Source of the DNA: Vitrella brassicaformis CCMP3155
Taxonomy: Eukaryota; Protista; Chromerida
DNA: 64,000 nucleotides
NCBI GenBank assembly: GCA_001179505.1
Contig: CDMY01000275.1
Span: forward strand, 310,001-374,000
Direction: 5' to 3'
Below the pieces are notes generated by a model. The model was not told where the DNA came from and ran no database searches. It worked only from the letters and a program-made list of their open reading frames with translations. Below are positions 50,337 through 63,220 of the stretch, piece after piece. The position numbers and the translations under genes are program-made. Position 1 is the first letter of the stretch. Every line of letters begins with the position of its first letter.

Positions 50337-50779
50337 GGATCTCTCGTGAAAAGGTACCGACACGTGGAATGGCAGAGAGATGGACCGGGTGGCCTCTCGT
50401 TGGGTCAAAGGGTTTCATACCCTTTGATGAAACCCTGAAACTGAAACCCTTCACTTGACTGCACAAAACCCATAAACCACGGCTGAAAGGACGTCCCACA
50501 GACGTGACATTGCACGACACCTCACTGCGACGCTCCTGCACTGAAAGCAGTGCGGTGCGAAAAGCACGCTCAATTGTTGCAAGCGTCATCCATAATCACC
50601 TATCCACCATATCTTCCCCGGCCCCTGTCTCTATCGAAAGACCTCATGTCAGATACAATATGATCCTGCCTTCAATACCACAGCCCACATGTGTGTGTGT
50701 GTGTGTGTGCCCTGGCTGGCTGTGTAGCTACGGCGTGCGTGTCTGCACTGATGATATACTCTTCTGGGGCGACTCCCTG

Positions 50780-53411
50780 TCAGCATGTCGCACGATGTCT
50801 CGCTCCCCCACTCACCGTCGCCACCTCCCCTACCCTCAGCCTCACCCTCAGCACACATGAGCTTCTGCACGCATTTTCATTAAGCAAAGGGAAAAGGGCG
50901 ATAACACCACACCCAGTCTGTGTATATATGTGTTGTCCCTCCCTCACTGTACGTGTCATCGTACCGTACCACATCTATGTAGTTGGTGATGTACATGTGT
51001 CCCCCCCTCGTCAACATCTGCACACAAATGAGAGGAGATGACCAATCCAATGCACGCACACGTGTGCCACAATGAGAGGGGGGATTCTCTGTCTGTGAGC
51101 CCCTCCCGCTATGCACTGCATTGACCTCGAAGACGCCCGTGTGGTTGAGTGTCTTCAGGATCGCCTCCATGAACTCCTCGCACCCACCGTACTCAACACA
51201 CGACTGCACCACACACACCACGTCCACACCAATTCCTGAGACTGCCCGCGACATGCTGCGTGTCTGTCTCTGTGTCAGCGCGCTGAGTGTGTGCGTACCT
51301 GCAGGACAATCGACGTCAAGAGGAGTGCGTACTTGATGTCCTGATGATATCCCTCCCCGGCCTTGCCGTGAGACACGCGGGCAAACAGACGCGGCAACGT
51401 CGCCAGGAAGGCCTTCCGAATCAGCTGAATGAGCCGATCCAACCACACACGACATCCATCCATCTGTCTATCGTTAGGTTGGATCGGTCTCCGTTTCCCT
51501 CACTCACTCACTTGTCGCGTGGCATGGCCGAGAGAGAGGAGGTGTGTGTGTAGGCGGCGATCCCCGGAGCCGTCTATGCGTCCGATGTGTGTGCCGTCTG
51601 GCTGCCCCACGAGGGCCGCCAGCAGCAGCACTGGCGGAGGGGGCGGGGGAGGCGAAGAGGGGCCTGGAGACGTGTTGGCTGGCGGCACCCGATACACATT
51701 CAGGCCAGTCAGGCGAAGTATCTGCACCCAACTCGCCCACACACATATCGACAAGACAGCGAATGAGGGCGCAAGGAGGATTGGTGGCTTGGGTCCTGTG
51801 TTGTGTGGTACCTCTGGTGCGTTGAGTATCAGTGTGTTGAAGAAGGCGATGGGGAGGTGGAAGCCTGACTTGCCGTGGGCGCAGATGATGGTGGCCAGCA
51901 TGGACGAACCTGACACAGACTGAGCATAAGGAGATAGGATTACAGGATGGCTGCCTTTGTGTGCTGTGTTGTGTGCTTCTCACTCACCGCGCAGATTCGT
52001 CCGAGTAGTGTCTGATTCGCCATGAGCGACTGCACAAAACACGACTTATCGACGGAATCCAAGCTACCTGCATGGCATGGATCGGCAGGAAGGGCAGCAC
52101 ACACACACACACACACAGACACACAGGCACGACGGTCGAGTCCACGCATATCATCTAAGGCAGCCAACCTTTTCAGTGCAGCCAGCCGCATTGAGCTTGC
52201 TTACCGAACAGTGCCTGCATGCAGAGTGTGGCACGCGGATGGGTGCACATCGCACACACGACCTCTGCCGACATCTGGCGAATAGTATACACACGCAGAC
52301 AGACAGGCACACAGACGTACGTGTGAGTGGCCGGACGGACCCTTCCTGACAAGGACGTGTGCTGTGCGTCTACGTTGTTGACGAGGGCTTTGGTGGCGGG
52401 CAGCCCCTGGGCCCATTCGCTCCTGAGTGCACTCCGCACCACCCAAGTGCCCTCAGGATGGGGCTGCAAGCCAGACAGCGGACACACAAACACGAATGAA
52501 TGAATGAATGGCATACACGGGAGTGTGACCGACCGCTAGCATTGAGAACAATGCCACCTCTAGCAGGGTCTGCAGGCCAGTGCATGAGCCAGACAAGACA
52601 AGGTGGCGCGACAGCACGCATATATGATTCAGCACAAGCACATCCAAGTCTCACAGCACACGAACACACAATACACGTCATCGCAGTACGCACAAGTGCA
52701 GCCGCTGATTATTACCTCTACGAGAGACAGCTGGAGGGAGCCATTCGCCCGCCTCGACGACAGCACCAGCTGCAGCCACCTACACAGTCACCACATAAGG
52801 GACAAAGCGGAAGGTACTACCCGCTCCGGGCAGCCCGATTCATCCATCCATCCATCCCATCCATCGGACGTGCCTACGTCCGAGCATGCGATTCATTGTG
52901 TTGGATGACGGCCAGCAGAAACTCCGACAGAGGCACACCGCCCATCACCCTCTCCAAATCCTGACACACAACCACACAGGCACACACCACCATACATGGG
53001 AAGGAATCCATTGCAGCAGGCCTGCCGTCATCTCACCTTGCGTGTGACTACGTCTGGTGGCGGCATTGCGTGTAGCTTTCCTTTGAACCACAGATGGACG
53101 GGCAGACCGAAGGGGGCAGGGCCATACGACTGCCCTGCCACGCCCCCTGTCTGCCCTGCCCCAGGGCCATATGGCTGCCCTGCCCCTGCAGTGCTAACAA
53201 AGGGATTCTTGGCGTCAAGGAGGCTGCCATGGACCGGCACACCCGATGGTGGGCAGGGGAGGATGCGAACGGGCCAACGAAACAGGGGGCGGCTACTGCT
53301 GGCAGGGTGGGCGTGTGCAGCAACACCATACGACGTCACAGAACCAGGTGTCTGCTCGACGAATGGTTTGCATTGCGATGGGTGTTTGTAGGTCCAGATC
53401 GACGAGCACAT
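50780..53411 (-). CDS. Multi-exon protein with degenerate Pumilio (PUF)-like helical repeats; 3' end uncertain
   Basis: About 11 exons join in frame from ATG 53411. Repeats at 39-40 aa spacing: SHARTWLQLVL, MLAPHPEGTWVVRSAL, AMCTHPRATLCMQALF, RICASVSGSSMLATII. These resemble the PUF core LxxHxxGxxVxQxxL. The gene itself is well supported; the family call is tentative. Confidence 0.55.
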
Positions 53412-53501
53412 CCTCAGGTCTGCAGCGCCGCCGCCTTCATCGTCCTATCTACATCGCCTCAAAGCCTTCATATCTTCCTTAATCTATCATCGCCCCCCTT
53501 A

Positions 53502-53511
53502 CTAAGCTCGC
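53502..53511 (-). promoter_or_regulatory. GCGAGCTTAG motif
   Basis: CTAAGCTCGC on the plus strand, in the 180-bp PUF-like/CEP104 divergent spacer. Confidence 0.6.
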
Positions 53512-53591
53512 AGCGATGGTAAATCTGCTCTGCCGCGACCATGGATATAGGACGACGATGCCGCATGCATTTCGTTTGTGGCTGACGAGGG

Positions 53592-56500
53592 ATGGAGAAG
53601 AAGAGCTTCGACCCGTCGCTCAACCACGACAGGTGAGGAGGAGCATTCAGCGACCACAGGGAATCCGATGCGATGCACCTACTTGTGGGCCATGTGAATG
53701 GATGTGCTGGTCATTGTCTGTTCGGCAGAGTCAAGTATGAGATCGTCAAGTGCTCCAGTGAGGACCAGGACAACCCTGTCAGGGAGCTCCTCGAACAGAC
53801 GTCTGCCACCAGAGGATGGTGCTCGGCAAGGTACGCACAATGTGTGCACATCACATGCATCAAACGCATGTATGGATCCGTTTGGTTTTCTGTCATCCAT
53901 CCATCGTACTTCTCTGCGTGTATCTGTGTGTGTCTGTATATGTCAGGTTCTGTGACTATCCGCAGGAGCTGGGGCTGAAGTTTGAGGGCCCGGTGCAGAT
54001 ACGCCAGATACAGTTCCTCTCCCACCAGTCGAAAATCACCTCCAAACTAGAACTCGTAACCACACACGCGCACATGCACGCACACACACACAAAGGCTCT
54101 TCATGTGTCCCCCTGTGTGCTATGCGTTGTGGGTGTCGCAGTACACGGCGCTGCCGAAGCAGGATGGCCGGAACCATAGCTATGACTCCGTTAGGTTCCA
54201 CCGACTCGGGTACGGTACGCGCTGCATGGTGACAAAACCAAATCGTGGCAGCACAGCAACTTCCCGCGGCAATGTGTCGGTCGCCGGGCTGTCAGGTATC
54301 TGGCGATGTCCGCCAATGAGCGATCGGACTTTTCGGTACGGTGACAGAACAAGGAAGGATGGATGGATGTAGCGCAGCGCATCCGTCGGTCGGCAAGGAG
54401 GGAGGCATTCTGCGTTGCGTCTCTCCTTGAGTCGGTGCGTACAGGCTCGTGAGTTGAAGTCGGTGTATGTTGACGTGGTGGCCGAGTACATCAAGATCAT
54501 CGTCCACAAGTGCCACATCAACAAATACAACCTCACCAACCAAGTGGTACACACACATACATACATACATACATACACACACACGTACAATAGTGCAGTG
54601 GGTGCAGCTCTCTCATTTCCCCATCCATCCATCCATCCCTCTCCTTGGTGACTGTCAGGGTTTTGTAGCGGTGAATGTGTTTGGCGAGTTGTTGGGTCCC
54701 GACATGGCGCCGTTCGTGGCCGGCCGCGGTCCGCCCCGCCAGTCCGGCCGGCGGGACATCGCAAACTACCCCGCGCCACCCAGGAGGGGTGAGTGACGCC
54801 ACATCGTGACCACACAGGGAGGGGTGTGGACGGAAGGGCGGGGGACGAGGCAATGCCATCCATCCTCTCATTGGTATTTCTTTCTCCATGGATGGGACTG
54901 TGCAGGTGATCCGCAGGCGCAGGCCGTTGCCATGGCGGAGGAGCTGCAGTACGACCCACAGACGGTCGACAAACTGCGCCTCCTACATGCCCACAAAAAC
55001 AGAGCCATACAGGTAGGCTAGGTACCAAGCGAAAGAAAGGACCAATGATCTGTTGAATGAAATACATTTGTTCATCTGTCAGCTGGAGGACTACGATGAG
55101 GCGAAGCGGTGCAAGGACATGATCAAACGGCTCACCGACGTCGGCAAGGCCCTTAAAGAACTAGAAGACAAAAAAGCGTAGCCAACACACCACACTCAAC
55201 ACCCATGAAAAAAAGAGCCCATGTCCTCCTCTTCGCCCCTTCGGTTGCAGGATGGCGGTGCGCAATGAGGATTTCGACGCGGCGAAGGTGATCAAGCAGG
55301 AGATCGACCGCCTGAGGTCAGCTGCCCTCACCCCCGATGGCCCCATCAGCCCCGCAGGCCCGCCCTCACCCCCACACGCATCACGCCCAGACAGGGACAT
55401 GCCATCCAGCTCACAGACCGACACACCATCGGTGCCAACCTCACACGAACAGGTGAGGGTCGGAAAACAGACAGACAGACAGACAGACATTGTCCTGGAA
55501 TGCAGTATATGTGTGTGTGTTGTGGGCGTGTATGTATGTGTATGTGTGTGTGTAGATGGAGGATCACTGGACGAGGACTGCCGCGGAGCCGTCGGGTGAG
55601 CTGCCTGCAGGTGAGGGAGGCGAGACCGTCTACAGCACACCGTATCCCGATCGTGGCGGCCGTGGTGATGACGAGCTCATGGGAGGAGAGGGGGAGGCAG
55701 GGGACGCCATGCTCAACGTCGATGATAGACCGGCCGTACGTAATCAACAACATACCAACCATCCCGCATGGCCACATGTGATGTCAACGGCATTTTGTGC
55801 GCATGTGTTGCAGTATGTGTCGCCGGACCATTTGCCGTCCGGCGGTCTCCCTCGCACGCCCCCAAGGGGCGCTGGTGGGATTGAGGGTGGTGGCTTTGGC
55901 GGCATGGGTGGCGGCGTGGCCGAGCGCGAGGCGGCACCTCCACCGCCATCATTCCCGCCGGACAAACACCCACTCAGAGGTGAGTGCAGCGCAGTGGCAA
56001 ATGCGCGTCATGTTGCGTATCACGTTGGATGGTTGTTTGTCAGGTGTTCCGAATGTCGAGGAGTTGCCGGCGCCCGAGGGCATCAGTCCGTCGTTCTCCA
56101 AGGAGGCGGGGCCCCTGATAGACCTCTTCGGAGAATACCTCATCAGATGCCTCTACTCGAAGGTCCGACACCTGCCTGCACCCTCCACACACAAGCGCCT
56201 GAGGTCACGTGTTCGTTGTCTGCTGTGCTGGTTGGTGATGGTTCCTGCACCATTCATCCAGACGTGGCACCTTCGCGAGGCGGCAGTGCTCAAGCTCGAC
56301 CTAGATTTCAACGCAGGTGCCCATATATCGTGTGTCAACGTCCATCTATCCACCCACCCACCCGTGCCTTGCCTCTTATTTACCATTATACACTGTTCTC
56401 CCATGGTGTGTGTCAGGGTTGTTTGGCGATTTCAACACGCGTCAGTTTCTGGAGGGTTTGTGTGTGGTGCTGAAGCGCGCCATCAGTGACAAGATCGCAC

Positions 56501-59055
56501 AGGTGTTCCTCACCAGCACACAGCTGCTGCAGTCTATCGCCATCGGACTATTCGCCATCCAAGTCCGCACACTGCCTGCCTGCCTGCCACACACTCTTAT
56601 TCAATTTGTGCATCCCTCAGGGTGACGAAGGCCTCAAAAAGAGCGATGTCCAGGTGGCGAAGAAACAAGGGCCACCCACCATGGTGTATGTATGTCTGTG
56701 TGTGTTGGCTGGTTGGTTGCCCGTGTGCAGCCGTGTTTGGACCCTTTGCTGCCTCTGTTGGTGGAGCGGCTGGGCGACGCCAACAACCGGTGCCGCGACG
56801 CTGCCGCAATCTCACTCACCTCGCTGGTCAAACAACCGGTGAGTAAAGAAATGAGACACACAGAGAGACAGAGAGAGACACGGACAGACAAGGATGACGG
56901 ACATCGAAGTGCATCGGCTGGTCGCCGCTCTGGTGTGCAGACTGTCGGCGGCCACTTTGTTGGTCAGTATCTGCTGCGCACCTCGAAGAAGAAACAACTG
57001 CCCGCCAAGTAAGCCATATGGGATGGGCGTGGTAGCCATGCATGTGTGTGTGTGTGCAGGTCGATAGTGTCTCGTTTGTCGCTGCTGGAGTCGCTCGTGA
57101 CCGAATGCCAATGCATCCAGCCCATGAAGAAGGACGGCATGACTCAAGAGGTAAGTAACCACACAACCAACCAACCATCGCACGGCGTTTCGGTGCGCAG
57201 CGCAGATCTGTGTGTCTATGTCATGTGTGCAGGCGTTGATGCAGGCGGCCATGGGTTGGTTCAACAGTCCCCACCAGGAGGTCCGCATGGCGTGTGTCTC
57301 ACTCGTGGGCGCCATATACACTCTCGCGGGCCCATCCGAGATCGAAAAGCACCTGAAGGACCTCAGACCCGCTCAACTCGACGTCAGTCAGACGCACACA
57401 AATCAGCACAGACACAAGGAGCCATCCAGTGTGCCTCTCTGTGTGTGCGGCTGGCTGTGTTACTAGGCGTTTGAGTTGGAGTTCAAGCGTCGGGCTGAGG
57501 GTGGGGGCGGTGTGGCCGAGGGTGTGGGGCTGCCGTTGAGGCGGATGTCTCTCGGGGGCGGCGCCAAGAGGACCGCCAACGGACCGGCGGCCGCGGCCAG
57601 CGGTGAGGAAATGAATGGGCACGTGTATGCAGCGGCTATGTCAGACAGCGAAGTTTTGGCAGACAGCGAAGTTTTTGCATGAAGCCAAATTTTCTGGACA
57701 CACAAGTGGAGTGGTCGGTAGAAATGATGAGATAACATGTATACATGTGTGATGGTAATATATAAGGATGGGCTATCTATCCATCCATCACTCATATGTA
57801 CGTCTCCTTTACTTACACAACTTGCCTTACCGTTTTCGAGCATGAACCAATATTATATCATTTCTTTCATCTCACCAGCCTAGCCACACAACACACCCAC
57901 GAGTTGTATGTATGTGTGTGTGCATCAATCAGAGGGTAGCGGTGCCCCGGCCCCTGCCCCAGGCAAGGGCAAGATGAGCGGTGAGGACAAAAAGGCCACG
58001 AGGAAGCCAGAAGACATGCAACAGGACAAACCCTCACCACCACAGGTGCACTCACTGCACTGCACCAGACAGACAGTCACAAGCAACGGAAGAGGCAACC
58101 TGCCCGGGACCAACCAGTCCGCTGGCTGTGTATCGATGGGATGTTGTTTATCTGTGTGTGGTGTGTCTCGGTCCGTTAGGCTGTTGCTGACGTGTCTGGT
58201 GGTGTGGACGAGGGACCACCCATAGACCCTGACGACGAAAACTCTGAGTTAGGCATGCAGCAAACAGAGACATTATGTTGGTATGGGTCTGTCTGTGTGC
58301 AGCACGTGTCAGTTCTGCGGTCGTCAGGACCCCTCGTTTCGGTTCGGTGGGATGGACATGCACCTCTTCGAAGAGTGCCCCCTCCTCATCAAATGCGACG
58401 CATGCCAACAGGTCGGTCGCCTCGCCCTGCATGCCTGGGCTGCAAGCTTGGGAGGGAGGTGGACACACACACGACAGACACTCCACGTGTGTTGTTGGCG
58501 CGTACGTGTGTGTGTAGGTAGTGGAGATTGCGACGTTGAGGGACCACCGTCTGTTTGAGTGCGAGGCCAAGAACATCATCGACTGGCAGGAGTGCACCAG
58601 GTAGGTAAGAGTGACCACACGAGACACGACGCGGCCTCTTCCCGTTGTGTGCGCGTTGGATAGGTGTGGCCTGGCGATTGCCTCGGCTGAGATGGAGGCC
58701 CACCAGAACAACGAGGAGGAATGCAGACCACTCGGTCGACGAGACACGATGAGACAGACCCATTCAGCCGACCTTTCCATCCATGGATTGGACGTATGGA
58801 GGGATGGAGGGATGTGTGTGTGTGTGTGTGTGTGTAGTTGAGGGTTGTTTGCGGTGCCCCCTGTGCTTCCGGGACATCCCTGTGGAAGGTCACCCTGACA
58901 GACAGACAGACAGACAAACAGACAGCCATTGCAAACAAACCACGCCCGTGTGTGTGTGTCGTTGTGTGTGTCAACCAACAGGCACCAGTGTGTCTTTTGC
59001 GTGGCAGGACCACCTGCTGCAAGAGGGATGCCCAGCGAACCCAAGGTCAATGTGA
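53592..59055 (+). CDS. CEP104: Centrosomal/ciliary tip protein CEP104, about 20 exons
   Basis: N-terminal jelly-roll (GWCSARFCDYPQELGL, QARELKSVYVDV, NKYNLTNQV), coiled coil (EDYDEAK, EDFDAAK), TOG domain (CLYSKTWHLREAA) and C-terminal Zn fingers (CQFCG...HLFEECP, CPLC...WQDHLLQEGCPANPR). Confidence 0.93.
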
Positions 59056-59442
59056 CGACAGACAACGGTGGAGGGTGGATGGATGGATGGATGGGGTGTA
59101 CAGCCAGCCATCCAGCCAGCCGCCATATTCGTTCAGTGTATATGATATGCATGCTGTGTGTGCATTGCATTGCATTGTGTTGCGTTGCGACGCGCGCTGC
59201 TTGCATGATGACATGTACGGTGCATGACATGCGGTGGGGTGAGGGAGTGAACGTGTGCTGTGAGTGAGATGAACGAGAATAGAATGACAGCACTCACTCA
59301 CTCACTTTCAGCGCTAATGATATGATTGATCCACAAACACTCCTTGGTCTCCATTCCATAGGTCAGATCTCAGACCGGAAGACCTCACACCATTTCCTAT
59401 CCACACCCGCATCTGTCCCTCCCTCCCTGCCTCCGTCCTTAT

Positions 59443-62400
59443 TTATCTGCCCTTGAAGAAGGCCTCTTCCCTCTCCTCCTCTCGCCGCCTCTGCTCATCC
59501 CCCAGATATCGAGACAGGTCTTGCACCATCCAACACTCAACGCGTGATGCCGCTGATGCTGACGCCCTCCCAGACGGACCCCCCTTGCCCCTCTTGCGTA
59601 AGGGCGAGGTCTCGCCAGACACCTCGGGCAGCACAAAGGTGTCCAGCACCAGGAGGACCGCCTCACACACGTCGGGGAAGGCCGCCACTGGGCCGAACAG
59701 GGCCTGCGCACGGCTCATGTCAGACGCGCACAGAGACAGCATCTCGAGGCACACCTGAAACACACACACACACACACACACATGCATTAGAGGGCTGGCT
59801 GACGTTGGGTGGAGGGATGCATGGGTTTTGTCGTGGGTGGCCTGGCTTACGTGTTTGAGGAAGAGTCCAGCGTTGCCAGTGAGTGCGTTGCCCTCGGTGC
59901 CTTGCAGGTCGAGAAACCGGAGCAGCTTCAGAGGCAGCAGCTCCTCGTGGACCTGCACACAGATCGACAGACACGTGTGTATCAGTATGGGAAAGGTAAG
60001 CTAAGCGGGTGGTTGGCTTACGAGTGTTGCCAACATCTGTGCGAAGTTGAGTGTCTTGCGGACGGCGAAGGACGGCACAAGGGACAGCTGAGATGACACA
60101 CCCTGCAGTTTACCAACACGCACCACACCATCATCACATCAACACACACGTGGCTGCAGGTACCAGGTTGCTCTGTGTGTGGCGGACGGCCGTACCTACC
60201 TTAGTGAGTGCCCTTTGGTAGTGTTTGGCGATAGGTCCTGGCAGCCCACAGCAGTGCTGCAGCACCCTGGTGTAGAAGAGGTTGAACGACTTCTCGTGCA
60301 GACAGCAATGCAGCACCACCGCCACCACATACTCATACTGCCCCCGACAGACACACCACACACATCCATCCATCCATCCATTTATCCATACCGTCTTCTG
60401 TACCCACCTGCTGTTGCTTCTTCTTTTGTGCCGTCTGGTTCTGTCTGTGGTAGGCCAGCACGACGTCCTGCAGCCGCTGGCAGGCATGGACGGGGTCCTC
60501 GCTGCCCATCAGCGCCACGAAGAGCCCCTTCTGCAGGTCGCTCCGCAGACGATGGCTCGCCGCAACCTCCATCAAAGCTGCCGTGCCGCCGTCACCCTCG
60601 CCGTCGTCACCCTTCCTCTTGGATGGGCGGCTGGAAGAAGAGGCTGCACCTGTTGCTGTGGTTGGGGTGCTGTGTGCGTTGTGTTGGTGCAGTGGGAGGG
60701 CGAACAGGGATGGCGGGTTGGAGGGGTCCAGCGGTGGTAGAGGGATGGTGATGAGGTAGTCGTCGAACCGCACAGAGGAGAACAGCTTGCTCGTCTTGAA
60801 CCAATTCCTGAACACACGCACTCACACACGCACACACACGCGGAGGGAAGTGAAATGTGGCCGTGTGCTGTGCTGTACGTGTCTTCGTGTGGTTTGATTG
60901 CCTCACGCACCGCCCCGCACCTGAGTGGAGTGGTGATCTTGACAGCCACGGTGAACTTGGATGTGGCCCTGGCTGTCTTAAGGGCCGCCAGCTCGGCCAG
61001 CAGAAACCCCAACCGACCCTTACCCTCACTCTCCGCCTTCCCCTCATCCATCGCAGCAGGTGGGGCTGCAGCAGCTGCCGCCCCATGCCGCTTGGTGGCT
61101 GTCCGCTGCTTGAGTTTGGCCTTGAGCTGCTCCGACCACGACAAAGGGGCGTCACCCCTGCCGTCAGAGCCCAAGTGTGTTTCGACGAGCCCCTTGATGT
61201 GGGTTATAAGGGCCTTGAAATCCCCACCGTGATCGGACCGGAAACGACCACCTGCAGAGAGGGAAGAGGCAAGCAATGATTGCAATGGAGGAGGAGTAAG
61301 TTGTGGCGCTGCGCTTCAGGTGACTGACGTGTGTGTGTGTGTGTGTGGTACTCACTGGTAAATCTGAAGACGGTGAGTAGGAGATCGACGTAGAAGTCGG
61401 TGTCCCAGAAGTGGGGGAGGGCAGCCAGCCCACTGAAACGAACGGCACACACGTCACGCGGCAGGCACGTTTGGGTTGTGAGCCTCATGAGCTTGATTGT
61501 CTGTCTGTCTGTCTGTCTTGGCCTGTCTGCCTTACTGGACGAGGTGTTGAATGATGGCCGGGTCCAGCACACCCAAGTCAAACAGCAGACACAACGCCAC
61601 CAGACTGTGCCTGCGCACACCACACCACACCACACCCAGGCCAGGAAGACACCAACAAGACAGACAAGACAAATGGCCTGCCTGCCTGCGCCTTCGCATC
61701 TGTCTCTCCTTTGTCACTCACTGACTTGCATCGCTGCTTGGCGACTTCGATGTCCACCTGCCCCTCGTCAGGGTGCTCATCTTCACACTCATGCATCCCG
61801 CTATCGCCATTTCCGCCCCGTCGCATCCCCGCTGATGACGATCCATGCCGCCTCTTGCGCTTGCGGCCGTCAGCCGCAACCATCGACACATCGTCCCCTC
61901 CCGCACCACCACCACAAGACGGCAGGCTCTTCTGGAAAGACCTCAGGTACTTCTGGAAACTCGTCATCAAGTGGAAGAAGAATCTAAAACCAACCTGGTT
62001 GACATCACACACACAGACACACGCGCCACAGTCAGTATACATCGCGGCGAGAGGAGAGCATCTGCCTCTGTGCGTGCGTAGGTCGTGTGTGTGTGTGGTG
62101 GGGTGCTCTGCTCACTGACTTCAGTGTGCAGAGTGACGTGCAGTGCAGTAATGAGAGCCGTCTGCACCCCCAGCAGGTAGAGCGTTGTGAACCGATGGAA
62201 GAGGCAGCTCTTGAGTATCTCATCCACCAGCACGGGGATGATGACGGCGAGCCCCTCGGCCTCCCTCTCGTCCCGCATTGGCTCCAAGAGCCGCAGCAGC
62301 TGCACTGTGATGGGCTCCAGGTTTCCCTCCGACACACGGTTGACCAGACCCACCACCTTGGTACGCACACGGCCCACAGTGTCCTCGCCCTTCCCCTGCA

Positions 62401-63121
62401 CCGACCGCAAGTGCGGCGGCACGTACTTGCTGCTGTTGCCGGGGGCAGACGGCTCGGCCTCTTGCTGCTGCTCTTCCTCTGCTGACGAATCACTCGCCTC
62501 GCCCTCGCCTGACTCATCGTCCTCCGCTTGCACAGGGACTGCTCTTGGCCTTGGGTGCTCGTTGCTGACTTTGGTGGCGAGGATTTGGTCGGCGATGTCG
62601 AAGCACTCCTCGAGGCCCTCGTCGGCGAGTGTCTGGTGCATCTTGCGCTCCGCCTTGACGCGGCTCTTGTCTGTGGCAGATGCGCCTAAGCCCAACTTAG
62701 CCTCCAGATAAGCCATCTCGGTGAGGTCAGGATCATCATCGCCGCTGTACGCCGCCTCTTCGTGATCATTCTCCCCCTCGTCCTCTTCCTCGTCGATAAC
62801 ATCATCTGACGCAATGTCGTCTTCACAGTCTTCAGGCTCATGCTTGCTCTCATCTTCCTTCACCGCAGCATGGTTCCGTGCGGCGCTCTTGTGCTGCCGG
62901 TGTGACTCATAGTGCTGCTGTTTCTTCTGCTTGGCCTCCTGACGCTGCTGCTTCCGGAGTGCCTTGCGCCCGAGGGGAGCCCTGGCGCGTCGCTTGGCTG
63001 AGGGCCGCTCGCGGAGGGTGCGGAACAGCACTGATGTGGCTGATGGAGGGCCCCTTGACGTGCCTCTCTGGTCGGACTGATGGTTGGTCTTGCTGTGTCG
63101 GCCTTTCATCTGTCCCTTCAT
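59443..63121 (-). CDS. NOM1: Nucleolar MIF4G- and MA3-domain protein (40S biogenesis)
   Basis: Basic/acidic N-terminus, YLEAKLG, KYVPPHLR, VNRVSEGNL (MIF4G), LFVALMGSED...ACQRL and EKSFNLFY (MA3), LLPLKLLRFLD. Confidence 0.9.
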
Positions 63122-63154
63122 TCAACAGGGGAAGAACCTCTTTATCCCCTCTTC

Positions 63155-63176
63155 AGCTCGCCGCTTCTAAGCTCGC
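63155..63176 (-). promoter_or_regulatory. GCGAGCTTAG motif plus second GCGAGCT core
   Basis: CTAAGCTCGC at 63167-63176 and AGCTCGC at 63155-63161, in the 99-bp NOM1/DPYS divergent spacer. Confidence 0.6.
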
Positions 63177-63220
63177 ACCTTTCCTCATCGCTCACACCCA
63201 TTTCCCCCCTCTTTTCCCCA

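Noticed and set aside
50408-50480. Telomere-like or telo-box repeats (GGGTTTCA)
   Set aside because: The unit is 8 nt and not tandemly regular, so it is not a TTTAGGG/TTCAGGG array; kept only as the inverted-repeat finding.
57642-57730. 18-bp tandem duplication and ATGATGA C-box in an AT-rich CEP104 intron
   Set aside because: No downstream CTGA D-box; the duplication looks like local slippage.
63184-63191. Yeast PAC-like GCGATGAG (minus strand) upstream of NOM1
   Set aside because: Single post-hoc hit, absent from the MDN1 promoter, and PAC is a fungal element.
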